A stretch of 62,067 nucleotides of DNA, counting the filler, from Limisphaerales bacterium (GTDB taxonomy: Bacteria; Verrucomicrobiota; Verrucomicrobiia; Limisphaerales; SIBE01), in the NCBI GenBank assembly GCA_044225505.1. It is 5 parts of 5 records of this genome, joined end to end, with 100 filler letters (N's around TTAATTAATTAA, not from the genome) between each part and the next. Parts side by side here need not be neighbours in the genome. Positions count along the whole stretch, not along the records: positions 27,605 to 54,894 come from JBGAIN010000111.1; 4 more parts are not named here. One strand, written 5' to 3'. Below are positions 42,359-52,600 of the stretch, in pieces. Both the position numbers and the translations under genes were made by a program. Positions within the stretch are counted from its first letter, which is position 1, and each line of letters begins with the position of its first letter. The notes under the pieces are model-generated. The model saw only the letters and a program-made list of their open reading frames with translations. It did no database searches and was not told the DNA's origin.

Positions 42359-43744
42359 ATGTCACTCAAAAACGGGGCGCCGGTCGCATCGCAGGACAGC
42401 GAGCACTATTCTCAACCCATAACGGCTGCTGCTTTTTCGGGCCCGGTAATCAGACCGGTCTTGGCACCGCTGGAGTCTGAGACACCGCAGCAGTTGCTCG
42501 AACGGGCTCGCGCCAAGCGAAAGTCCGGGCAATTCAAAGACGCATTTGAATTGGGGTGTGAAGCGTTGCTCCTCAATCCGGGCGATCTCGACACCATGGA
42601 CTTCTTGGCTGATCTACGGGCTCGAATGACTCCGTCGACTTCTGCCACAACATCCTCCGTCGCTGCCCCAGTTAAGTTGGAAGGCTTGCGGTTGCCTGTC
42701 CAAAACCTTGCTCGCTTCGCCTCGAGCAACGAAAGCGCAGAGACTCGCTTGGCTCGCATCAAAAAGATGCGGCTCCAATTAAATTTTGACCTGACGAACG
42801 GCTGCAACATCAACTGCATCATGTGCGGCAATGTCCCCAACAAAACCCGGGCGACGCAGTACGTCATGCCGCAGGAAGTCTTCGAAAACAGCTTGTTGCC
42901 AGTATTCGGCTTCGCCCAGGATTTCTCCTATGGTTGCTACTTTGAGCCGCTAATGACGCCCTATTTTGACGAGGCGCTTCCTCGCTTGGCTCAGCACTTG
43001 GTTCCGGGGATTCGCGGCGACATGATCACCAACGCGGTCTTGCTGACCGAAGCGCGCGCTCAGATGGCCGTTGACGCCAACGTTTTCAAAAAAATTCGCG
43101 TTTCGGTCGACGGTGCGACGGCGAAAACCTTTGAAGAGATTCGGAAAGGATCTCGCTTCAATCGAGTGATCGAGAACGTTCGAAATTTGGCCGCCTACCG
43201 GGACAGCAAGGGAAGTGACCTGGAGATTGAGTTTAACTTCACCAAAATGCGCCAAAACATTCACGAGCTGCCTGACGTCGTGAAGCTGGCCCATGATTGT
43301 GGGGTGACGAGCGTCTCGACGCACAAATTGGCGCCCGACGATTGTCGCCCGATCGACAAAGCCTACTACGATCGAATCATGTATTACGTCGGACAAGCTC
43401 GGAATCTCGCTCGCGAATTAGGGATCGCCTACTCGGGTCAGGACGATTACGAAGTGATCGCGGCCGATGCCACGCCCAAGCCTTCCCTGGAGAAAACTGA
43501 GCCCGAGGATACTTCTAACTACGTTTGTGAATTTTCGAAGAAATGGTTGCTGGTGACCTTGGACCCTTGGGGAAACGTTTCGATACCGTGCAAGCGAACT
43601 CTTGGTAAACTTGGCAATATCACCCGGCAGTCATTCCGAGATCTGCTGATCAGCGATGTGTTTGCGGCATTGCTGGCCGGCTTTGATGCCCCGGAACCGA
43701 GTGTTTGCCGCGGCTGTATCTATCATCGTCCTTTGAAAGGTTAA
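42359..43744 (+). CDS. Radical SAM protein with SPASM/twitch-like C-terminus and N-terminal TPR-like helices
   Basis: CNINCIMC (CxxxCxxC), FEPLM, ITNA, VSVDGAT, C-terminal C...G.V.IPC...LGNI...CRGC. Confidence 0.9.
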   Translation: MSLKNGAPVASQDSEHYSQPITAAAFSGPVIRPVLAPLESETPQQLLERARAKRKSGQFKDAFELGCEALLLNPGDLDTMDFLADLRARMTPSTSATTSSVAAPVKLEGLRLPVQNLARFASSNESAETRLARIKKMRLQLNFDLTNGCNINCIMCGNVPNKTRATQYVMPQEVFENSLLPVFGFAQDFSYGCYFEPLMTPYFDEALPRLAQHLVPGIRGDMITNAVLLTEARAQMAVDANVFKKIRVSVDGATAKTFEEIRKGSRFNRVIENVRNLAAYRDSKGSDLEIEFNFTKMRQNIHELPDVVKLAHDCGVTSVSTHKLAPDDCRPIDKAYYDRIMYYVGQARNLARELGIAYSGQDDYEVIAADATPKPSLEKTEPEDTSNYVCEFSKKWLLVTLDPWGNVSIPCKRTLGKLGNITRQSFRDLLISDVFAALLAGFDAPEPSVCRGCIYHRPLKG

Positions 43745-43750
43745 CAAATC

Positions 43751-45649
43751 ATGAATTCCTGCCTGACTGACCCTGTCGTTGCTCCGAAAACTTCAACCCC
43801 CTTCGAAGCGCCGAAGCGCGTTGAGCCGGTGAGGGTGAAAAGTCCGGAACCCGAGGCACCAAAAGCCAACTACCTGCAGCGAGCGGACCAGGCCTACGCT
43901 AGCGGCGATCTCTTGAGTGCTTGTCGCTTCCTCGAGGAAGGTTTACGCCTCGATCCCAAAGATGTCGACTTGCTCCTCTGTTTGGGCAATTTACAATTCC
44001 AGTTAAACAACTTTGCCGCGGCGCTTCAGAATTATACGTTGGCCCGAAGCCTGCACCCTCGCGATGCTGATGTTCTCACCCGCTTGGCCGTGGCTGCGCA
44101 CCGATGTGATCAGACCGCGCTGGCAGAAGCAGCGCTGGCTGAAGCCCTTGAGATTTCACCGGCGCATCCAGTCGCGCTGCAACTTCGTGGAGACTTATAC
44201 CGCAACCGCCAATGTTATGCGGAAGCGGCGCTGAACTACTGCGCCGCGCTAGAGTCGAATTCGAACTCCATCCCACTGCTCTCCGCATTGGGCAAATGCG
44301 AATACGAGCTCCACGACGGGATGTCGGCTCGATGGTGTTTCGAAAGGGTTTTAGCGGTGGACCCAGCCAATGCGATCGCGGTCGAAGCCCTGGAGTTGCT
44401 CGAGAATCAGCGTTCCACTCAGGCGGCATCACAGAATCGAAATGAAGCTCTTTCGAGCCTGGCTGGCGACGGTTCGGTGCAGGATTTGGTGGGATTGACA
44501 CTGCTGCACTGCGACGATTGTTTGCACCAGAGCGATTTCCTGGGGGCATGGCGAGCCCTTGGCCGCGCCGTTACCCTCGCGCCCAAGCGCACGGATCTCT
44601 TGAATCATCGAGGCCGTCTGGCCTTGGTTCTGAAGGACCTGAAATCGGCTCTCCGCGATTTCAAATCGGCTTTGGCCTTGGAGCCGGAGAATATACCGGC
44701 GTTGTCAGGATTAGCACGGTATTACATGCTCGAGCGTGACTGGGCCGAGGCTGCCACAGCGGCCGATCGGGTGCTGAGTTTTGATCCGACCGACGAGGAA
44801 GCGCTGCAAGTTCGGCGTGAACTCCAATTCCAGCGGCGTACTGTGGGCACCGCTACGGGTTCATCCAAGAACCTGGATGCGGTGGCTCCTAAAGACGAGG
44901 GCGCCGCGGTGATCCGGTCGGAAGACCGCGTGTTTGTGCAGGAAAGGCTGCCGGGCATTGAAGGGTGGCTGAGCGATGGAGCCGCGCTTTTCACCCTGTT
45001 TCTTTTCAATCTTCAAGATCGCGAGAACGTTCGCGGCTCTGCGTTCGAGATCGGCGTTTTCAAGGGGAAATACCTGTCAGCTTTGTATCAAGGCACTCAC
45101 CCCATGGGCGACCCGGTGGCGGGAGTGGACGTGTTCCGATGGAGCACTATTGAAGAAACGGTTGTTGCGTTTGATAAGGCTTTTGGTGAACACGACCGTT
45201 TGCAGCTCATCAAAGACGATTCACGGAACCTGACGAGAGATGACGTGCTCCGGGCCGTGCGAGGTGTCCGGCCTCGGTTTATCTCGGTCGATGGCGACCA
45301 CAAAGGGGACGCCGTTTGCGCCGATCTTGTCTTCTCCGGATCATTACTCGCGGATCGAGGAGTGATCGCGATTGACGACTTTCTAAACCCGCAAGCGATC
45401 GGCGCCTCCGAGGGGAGTTACCGATTCCTTCTCGGGCCTGGCGCCGTCGAGTACAAGCCGTTCGCATTCTGCCAAAACAAACTGTTTGTGTGCCGAACCG
45501 CGAACCACGCGCATTACCTCGACGCCAGTTGGCGTTTTGCTCAAGCCAACCGCGATCTCGCGATGGTGCAGAAGTTTCATGAACTCTTGCGCAACGGACG
45601 GAACTGGGTGGAACAAGATCTCTTGTCGACCCGCTGCTTAATCCTGTGA
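43751..45649 (+). CDS. TPR protein fused to a class I SAM-dependent methyltransferase (Methyltransf_24-like)
   Basis: Multiple TPRs; IEGWLS, FEIGVFKGK, ISVDGDH, GVIAIDDF. Confidence 0.85.
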   Translation: MNSCLTDPVVAPKTSTPFEAPKRVEPVRVKSPEPEAPKANYLQRADQAYASGDLLSACRFLEEGLRLDPKDVDLLLCLGNLQFQLNNFAAALQNYTLARSLHPRDADVLTRLAVAAHRCDQTALAEAALAEALEISPAHPVALQLRGDLYRNRQCYAEAALNYCAALESNSNSIPLLSALGKCEYELHDGMSARWCFERVLAVDPANAIAVEALELLENQRSTQAASQNRNEALSSLAGDGSVQDLVGLTLLHCDDCLHQSDFLGAWRALGRAVTLAPKRTDLLNHRGRLALVLKDLKSALRDFKSALALEPENIPALSGLARYYMLERDWAEAATAADRVLSFDPTDEEALQVRRELQFQRRTVGTATGSSKNLDAVAPKDEGAAVIRSEDRVFVQERLPGIEGWLSDGAALFTLFLFNLQDRENVRGSAFEIGVFKGKYLSALYQGTHPMGDPVAGVDVFRWSTIEETVVAFDKAFGEHDRLQLIKDDSRNLTRDDVLRAVRGVRPRFISVDGDHKGDAVCADLVFSGSLLADRGVIAIDDFLNPQAIGASEGSYRFLLGPGAVEYKPFAFCQNKLFVCRTANHAHYLDASWRFAQANRDLAMVQKFHELLRNGRNWVEQDLLSTRCLIL

Positions 45650-45731
45650 TGCCGATAATCCCCTTGCGGTTCATTCTCGCTTGCTCTTTGCTCGGGAATC
45701 GATCAAGCCGCTTTACGGCGAGTCCATCTGC

Positions 45732-46961
45732 ATGAGCGAAAAGAATGCCACAGACACCGCCCAGCCGACAGGGAATGTCGGCAGTGATGAGAAGCTAACG
45801 ATACTTGCTCAGCGGAGTGTCGCGCCCGCGCCGGCTCTTTGTGCCACACGGCTGCAGATCGAGGACAACATTGGTGAGGCAATCCATGTTCACTGGCGCG
45901 ACTTGCGCCTCGACTTTAGCATTCGCGACTTTTTGAGCCTCGCTAAAGGGTGCCGAGCGGCATTGGAAAAGCTGGGGCATCAGACCCTTCGGTTAAACCC
46001 GCTCGCGTCTGACCAAGTCAACATTCCAGCTGCGTTCGTCCGTGATCTGGGGCCCGTGGCGCAAAAGATTACCGCGGCGACTTATGAAGAGGTTGCTTTG
46101 GACGACTTGGAAGTCGTTACCTACGTCCGGGAAGACGGCGAGGCTCGATGGAAACCACAACCGATCACGGAATCCGTTCCGTATCTGGCGCTGGCCACAG
46201 AATCGGGAGAGAAGATCTACACCGAGTATCAGGCGCAATTTGGTTCGGGAAGTCGGTCTTTGGCTGAATTCAGGAAGCTGCTGGATTCTATGCTACAGCA
46301 TGGTTATCCGGCGTTTGACGAGTGCGTCATTCTGCACGCGGACGAACCGTTTATTCGCGATGGTCAACACCGAGCCGCGATCCTTCGGCACTTCCTCGGG
46401 AATGTGAAGATTCCCATCATTCGACTCTCCTTTGAAGCTGGCTATGAAGGCTGGCGCATGGAGCGTCGCTCTCTGGCGAGTTCGGCCAAGCGCTCCGCTC
46501 ACCGGCAGACAAATGCGGATCTTATCAGTCGCCAACTGGAATATCTCGCTGGATTCCATGCTCAGGAAGGCGCATTTCGTTGGGCGTCCAACAAGGCTGA
46601 GCTGAGATTGCCCTGTCAAAGTCTGTTAGACCCTACCTTCTTGAGCTTCACCCTGAGTGCTGGCGATATGTGGTGTTACCGGACCCAGGCCTTTGAGACG
46701 TCGGTCTCGCTCGATGGTCAACCAGTTGAGTTAGCCCGGTTCGAGCGCGACCAGCAGGAAATCGAAATTGTCGTGCTGCTCGAACCGAGAGATCACAGTG
46801 TGGTTCTGACGCTGGATAGCAACGCTTCCTTTCAGCCCTGCGCGATTGATGCCAACAGCCAGGACGACCGATGTTTAGCCGTAAAGCTTTCCAAACTGGC
46901 GTTTGTGTCGCAACCCCAGCAAGCGCCTGCTTCCAGCCCAACCGTCGCCGGCTGCGTTTGA
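45732..46961 (+). CDS. Repeated small domain + ParB/sulfiredoxin-like domain + C-terminal beta-sandwich
   Basis: LQIEDNIGEAIHVHWRDLRLDFS; FRKLLDSMLQHGY...IRDGQHRAAIL...IPI (ParB/Srx DGxHR motif); GFH..EG.FRW...DDRCLAV resembles carbohydrate-binding-type tails. Confidence 0.7.
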   Translation: MSEKNATDTAQPTGNVGSDEKLTILAQRSVAPAPALCATRLQIEDNIGEAIHVHWRDLRLDFSIRDFLSLAKGCRAALEKLGHQTLRLNPLASDQVNIPAAFVRDLGPVAQKITAATYEEVALDDLEVVTYVREDGEARWKPQPITESVPYLALATESGEKIYTEYQAQFGSGSRSLAEFRKLLDSMLQHGYPAFDECVILHADEPFIRDGQHRAAILRHFLGNVKIPIIRLSFEAGYEGWRMERRSLASSAKRSAHRQTNADLISRQLEYLAGFHAQEGAFRWASNKAELRLPCQSLLDPTFLSFTLSAGDMWCYRTQAFETSVSLDGQPVELARFERDQQEIEIVVLLEPRDHSVVLTLDSNASFQPCAIDANSQDDRCLAVKLSKLAFVSQPQQAPASSPTVAGCV

Positions 46962-46970
46962 AATCATAGC

Positions 46971-49658
46971 ATGAACTCAGACCTTACAAAAATGTTGCCT
47001 CGTCTCTGGCAGGACAAGGGTTTCACGACGGCAACCGGCTTCGTTTCCTTCAAACCCAGGGCGGAACGCGCCCTGCGGGATGTCCACAAAGCGTTCGGCG
47101 AAATCCGTAATCTGCTCGTGGTGCGACTCGACGCGATCGGAGATAATTTCCTTTTCTTCGATAATTACCGGAAATTGCGCAAGCTGGCGCCCAAGGCAAA
47201 CATCGTCGTTTTCACCTATTCTGAGAACCGGCCCATCTACGATCGCTGTAAGTTCGTCAATCGCGTCCATTATGTTGACCGCGATGCGCTCGCCTCCAAC
47301 AAGGGGTACCGGGAAGAAACGCTGAAGAATCTTCGGGAAACAGCCCATCCATGGGACCTCGTTCTGAACCCACTGTATTCGCGCGAGTACCTTGCCGAAG
47401 AAATCGTTGCGGCCGCTCCGGCTCTGATGAAAATCGGCTTGGCTGGCGATACCTCGAACATCTCCCCGGAGCTGATGAAGCTCACGGATCCAGGCTACTC
47501 CCTATTGCTTCCGGTGGACAACTCCGTCACGCGGCATGAACTCCATCGCAACAATGAGGTCCTTTCTCTGCTCGGTTCCCAAGACGACAGCATTATCTTC
47601 GAAGCCCCTCTTACCGCGGAGGATCGAGCGTTTGCTGCCCGGTTGATCGGACAGTTCAACCTTGGGGAGTATGGGGTCATCTTCCCGGGAACGAAAGGCG
47701 GCACGCGTTCAATCAAATACTGGGGGTCGGAAAATTACGCTTCGCTCATGGATGAGTTGCGCCAGAACCGCGGTTGGGAATTGATGATGATGTTGGGCGG
47801 CGCGGGAGAAGAGCAAATCGCGTGCGAAATCGCGGCCACGACCCATTCGCGGCCGATGGTGTTTCAAGGGGACTTTTCGTTGTGGCAAGCGGCGGCCGTG
47901 CTCGAAAAGGCGTCGTTTTACGTCGGTTCGGACACCAGCATCGCTCACATTGCCACGGCGTTGCGCGTTCCCACGTTTGTCCTGCTGGGGGGTGGACATT
48001 ACGGCCGGTTCTTTCCTTTTCCGGACGGCTTTAGCGCGACGAGCATCACCCGCAAATTGGACTGCTACCATTGCAACTGGAAATGCAAGTTGAGCTACAA
48101 TAAGTGCATCGCGGATATTGAAGTTTCCCAAGTGCTCGCGGCCATGAAGGAGAAGGGGATAATCAAACGTCGGGAAAACCAGCCACCCGCGAAGGCTCCT
48201 CATTTTCAGATCGCGGCCCGCCGCAGTCCCTTGCCCAGAGTGGATCTGATCCTGCCACCGGGGATGCAAACATGGCACCTGCGCGAGTCGTGGGCCGTCA
48301 TTCTCGAGAAAGCGGGTTGCCTCAACCGCGTGTTCCGGCCGACTCCCGAGACAACCGAGCCGGTTTTGAGTTATTTGCGTAGCGGCGGCAACGCCGACTT
48401 TCTCCTGGCTTTGGGCGGCGATCATCATCTCGGCTTTCTGCACGATACCGAGGAGAAACAAGCGGCCTGGCAGCGGTATCGAGGCCACCGAGTGTGCAAC
48501 TCTTTCGAGTCGACCAGGGATTCCCTTTACAAACGTTATGTGAGTTGCGTGAAAAGCGCCTTGAAGGTCTTCACTCATTTCGCGCACACGGACGAAGTCG
48601 ACGCCAAAATCTTCGAGACAGCCAATGTGCCCGGACTGTGGTGGCCGCAAGCGGCGGATCGCCGCCTCTTTGCCAACTACAAGGACCTTCCCGCCAGGAA
48701 GCCGTCCGTTTTCTTTTGCGGCAAGGTCTGGAACGAATACCCACTCCGAAAAGCCCTCCTGCAAAACCTGCAAGCCGCCGGCTTGTGCAACGTGATCGAG
48801 CGGGCTTCGGCGGGAGAAATGGTGGAGCACTACAACCAGCACCTGTTCGCGATCAATTTGCCCGGGGTTCTCGGTGGGTTCAATGTCCGCACGTATGAAG
48901 CCATGAGTTGCGGCTGCGCACTCTTGCAGTTTCAGCCGGCGCTGCGACCGGCGAACAACGCCCTGTTTGAAGACGGGGTCCACCTGGCCTATTACGACTA
49001 CACGGATGTGGAGCGCCTCAAAGGAGTCGTCCAACGGGCCATTGGTGATCCGACGGCTTTTATGGCCATGGCTCAGCGAGGTTACGAAGAGTTGACGGCC
49101 CATCACACGATCGAAAAACGATTCGCCCAACTTGTGGACTGGGTGTTTGATGGGCGCCTTCCCAGTTACCCGCAGTACGGCGCGATCAAACCGGATGAGC
49201 TGCGACGAGTTCGTGAACACCGCTACGTCAATGACCGGTATTTGTTCGAAGGCCGTCCCATGTGGAACCAGGCATTGAATGAATTCGCCGATCTGCAATT
49301 CGTGAACTATCACGCGATGCTGCCACGCCTTTGCGCGCAAGGAGAAACGCTGGCGCATCGCCAGCAAGAGGTGGAAGCCATGCGCGTCTTCCGCCGTGCT
49401 GTAGAGTTGGATTCGGATATCGAATCGGCACGCAACAATCTGGGCGTGCTTTGCTGGCAACGCGGCGAACGGATGAAAGCGTTTGAGTATTTCGAGGCTG
49501 CCTTGGCCGAGAATCCCAATTATCGGCCGGCTGTCATCAATTACGGTGAAGCCTTGGCGTTGTCTGGGCGTTCGGCGGAAGCACAGAAGCTTTACGCCGA
49601 CTACACCGCGCGCCATGACGATGTCGGGATCCGAGCATTGATCGAGTCAAACAACTAG
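46971..49658 (+). CDS. GT9 (heptosyltransferase-like) + CgeB-like glycosyltransferase + TPR fusion
   Basis: VVRLDAIGD, KYWGSENY, VGSDTSIAHIATALRVPT, CYHCNWKC; second domain FNVRTYEAMSCG...HHTIEKR; TPR tail. Confidence 0.85.
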   Translation: MNSDLTKMLPRLWQDKGFTTATGFVSFKPRAERALRDVHKAFGEIRNLLVVRLDAIGDNFLFFDNYRKLRKLAPKANIVVFTYSENRPIYDRCKFVNRVHYVDRDALASNKGYREETLKNLRETAHPWDLVLNPLYSREYLAEEIVAAAPALMKIGLAGDTSNISPELMKLTDPGYSLLLPVDNSVTRHELHRNNEVLSLLGSQDDSIIFEAPLTAEDRAFAARLIGQFNLGEYGVIFPGTKGGTRSIKYWGSENYASLMDELRQNRGWELMMMLGGAGEEQIACEIAATTHSRPMVFQGDFSLWQAAAVLEKASFYVGSDTSIAHIATALRVPTFVLLGGGHYGRFFPFPDGFSATSITRKLDCYHCNWKCKLSYNKCIADIEVSQVLAAMKEKGIIKRRENQPPAKAPHFQIAARRSPLPRVDLILPPGMQTWHLRESWAVILEKAGCLNRVFRPTPETTEPVLSYLRSGGNADFLLALGGDHHLGFLHDTEEKQAAWQRYRGHRVCNSFESTRDSLYKRYVSCVKSALKVFTHFAHTDEVDAKIFETANVPGLWWPQAADRRLFANYKDLPARKPSVFFCGKVWNEYPLRKALLQNLQAAGLCNVIERASAGEMVEHYNQHLFAINLPGVLGGFNVRTYEAMSCGCALLQFQPALRPANNALFEDGVHLAYYDYTDVERLKGVVQRAIGDPTAFMAMAQRGYEELTAHHTIEKRFAQLVDWVFDGRLPSYPQYGAIKPDELRRVREHRYVNDRYLFEGRPMWNQALNEFADLQFVNYHAMLPRLCAQGETLAHRQQEVEAMRVFRRAVELDSDIESARNNLGVLCWQRGERMKAFEYFEAALAENPNYRPAVINYGEALALSGRSAEAQKLYADYTARHDDVGIRALIESNN

Positions 49659-49680
49659 CGCATTCTCAGCAGGATCTGGT

Positions 49681-52600
49681 ATGGCACTCATGATTCATCA
49701 CGCCGCCGGCGAAAGGCTGAAGCGGATCGACGCCAGCGCCGGTGGAAAGACTCCGGCAGACATCCGACTGGAATTGGCCAACTTGCTGGCCATCTATCCG
49801 ACCTTCGCCCCGGCTTGGGACCGGCTAGCCCAAGCGTGGGAGGCGGCAGGCGGCTTTACGGAGGCCCTGCCATGTCGGGAGAACGCTGTGGCGGCCAATA
49901 CTTGCGACGTCCAACAGTGGATTAAGCTCGCGCGCTTGCATCACCATCACTTGGGCAACTCCGACTTGGCGATTAAAGCGCTGAACCGTGCCCTCGCGGT
50001 CGATCCGAAAAATGCGGACGTGATCGCGTTGCTGGTCAACATCAAACAGGGCGGGAAGGATCTCTCGAGTTCGGGCATTGGCCGCCGGCAAGGCCCGCTC
50101 GTCTCTGCCATTGTCTCCACCTACAAGTCGGAACGATTCCTCCGTGGTTGTTTGGAGGATCTCGAGGCGCAAACGATTGCCGACCAGCTCGAGATTATTG
50201 TCGTCGACAGTCACTCGCCTCAAAACGAGCGCGCCATCGTTGAGGAGTTTCAAAAGCGGTATTCCAATATCGTCTATCTCCGGACGGAAACCCGTGAAAC
50301 GATCTATGGCGCGTGGAATCGCGGCGTGCAAGTGGCCCGCGGCAAGTATCTCACGAACGCCAACACGGATGACCGCCACCGCCGCGACGCTCTCGAGGTG
50401 CTCGCCCAGACCTTGGAGCTTAATCCGGATGTGACACTGGTCTATGCCGATTCTCTAATCACCACCACCGAGAATGAGACTTTTGAAACGGCCCATCCGA
50501 TCGGGAGTTATCGTTGGCTCGAGTTTAACGCCCGGGATTTGCTCACGAAAGGTTGTTTCTGCGGGCCCCAACCGATGTGGCGGCGTGAAGCGCACGACGA
50601 ATATGGCTACTTCGACCCGACGATGACTTCGGCGGGCGACTACGACTTCTGGCTGCGCCTCGCTCAAACCCGGCGTTTCCTGCACGTACGCGAGACTTTG
50701 GGCCTGTATTTGAAGTCTTCCCAGAGTGTGGAACATGCCAATCGTGAGGCCGCGAATCAGGAAGTGACCCTCGCGCAAGAGCGTTATCGAGACGCGATCC
50801 TTTTTGGTAAGCCGCCTTTTCGCCCGTCTCTCCAGGCACCCGTTGTGGAGCAGGCGCCCCGCGCCCCGGTGGCTCCCAAGCCTGCACCCTCAGTCGCCCG
50901 CATCGGCGAACTGACAAAAGCACGCGAATCTTTCGGACGAAAGGACTACCGCGCTGCTTGGGACTTCACGCGCGAGGCGATTCAGCAACGTCCGTTTCAT
51001 CCCGAAGGCTTTTTGTTGCTGGCGGAGATCGCTCTCGTCGCAGGAGACGGAAACGCCGCCCGAGAATCCGCCCAACGTGCCCACGACCTGGCACCCAAAT
51101 GGAATGCACCTCGACAGTTCCTGCGAAAGCCGCTCAAAGGAGCGACGCACCAGTTCGACGTTAAGAAGCTCTCTCCCGCGAGTTCGCCCCGTCTGACGGT
51201 TTGTGTCATCACGAAGAACGAGGAACGCTTCATCGGCCAATGCTTAAAATCCGTTCAAGCCCTTTCCCACCAGATCGTCGTGGTGGATACGGGATCGACC
51301 GATCGGACAGTCGAGATCGCCCGCGCACATGGCGCGGAAGTGCATTCCTTTGTTTGGTGCGACGACTTTAGCGCCGCGCGCAATGCCGCGCTGGAACATG
51401 TCACAGGGGATTGGGTCCTCATGCTTGATGCCGACGAAGAACTTGCTTCCGACGCTCAGGCGCTTCTGCGCCAGCATCTCGCCAACTCCGCGGTCATCGG
51501 CTGGCGATTGCCGATTGTTGATGTGGGGCGCGAGGCCGAAGGATGTTCCTATGTGCCACGGCTTTTCCGGAACGCGCCAGGAGTCCATTTTATCGGCCGC
51601 GTGCATGAGCAAGCCTTCGCGAGTCTGGGGCCGCTAGGCGAAGAATGGGGGATGGATTTGCGATTGGGCGAAGCCACGCTCAAACACCACGGCTATACGC
51701 ACGAGGTGACGCGCAGCCGGGGCAAAGTCGAGCGCAACCTGCGATTATTAACTCAGGCGCTGGAAGAAGCGCCGAACGATCCTCAACTCCATATGCAGAT
51801 CGGGCTGGAACTAGCACGGTCCGGATGTGAGACCGAAGCTTTGGAGCGATACCGCGAATCTTACCGGTTGCTTAGCAAAATGCCGTCCTCGCAGGTCGTT
51901 CCGGAATTGCGGGAGACCCTCTTGTCACAGTTCTGCACGCGGCTGGTCATGGCAAAGCAATACTCCGAAATTGCCGAAGTCCTGACTTCGCAGTTCGCCC
52001 GGGGCCATGGCGGCCTCACGGCGTCCCTGCATTTTGCGCTGGGTCTGGCCTGGGTCGAATTGCAGAAGTTTCCTGATGCCGCCGAACACTTCGACCTGTG
52101 CCTGAAAAAGCGCAGCAAGAAATCGCTCTGCCCGGTCAATGCGGACATCTTTACCTCGGCTCCGCACCATTGCCTGGCGCTGTCCCAAGCCCGACTCCGC
52201 GACCCTAAAGCGGCCGAGAAGAGCTTTCAGTCTGCTTTGAAGGAGCCAGGAATGCTGCTTCCCATCCGCCTGGATTATGCCCGGTTCTTGCAGGATCAAG
52301 ACCGCGCCATCGATGCTCTCCGCTGCCTGCATGAGGCCATCCAGGAAAATCCTCAATCCTCCGAAGCCTGGTTACTGGGCGGGCAGATCGCCTTGAGCCG
52401 TCCGCAAATGTTGGAGTTCGCGTGCGATTGGACCGGCGAAGCCGTTCGGCATCTTCCCGAAGATTCTGCCTTGCTCGCCCAGCGGGCGGAGGCGCTTTTG
52501 CTTAGCAATGCCCTGCCGCAAGCCAGCGCCGCTTGGGAACGCCTGGCTGCGGCAAACCCGCAACCCCCAACCCTGGCGGCGCAAATCGTGTGCGACCTCG

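Noticed and set aside
42359..43744. RiPP maturase interpretation of the radical SAM/SPASM gene
   Set aside because: No evident precursor peptide, RRE, protease or exporter; neighbours are glycosyltransferases.
45651..45658. GCCGATAA (perfect sigma28 -10) upstream of the ParB-like gene
   Set aside because: No -35 element at the 15-bp spacing.
45732..46961. Chromosome-partition ParB or DNA-modification (Dnd-like) system
   Set aside because: No HTH, parA or dnd genes; the context is purely glycan modification.
47709..49616. 635-aa minus-strand ORF
   Set aside because: Entirely antisense to the well-supported GT9/GT fusion; shadow ORF.
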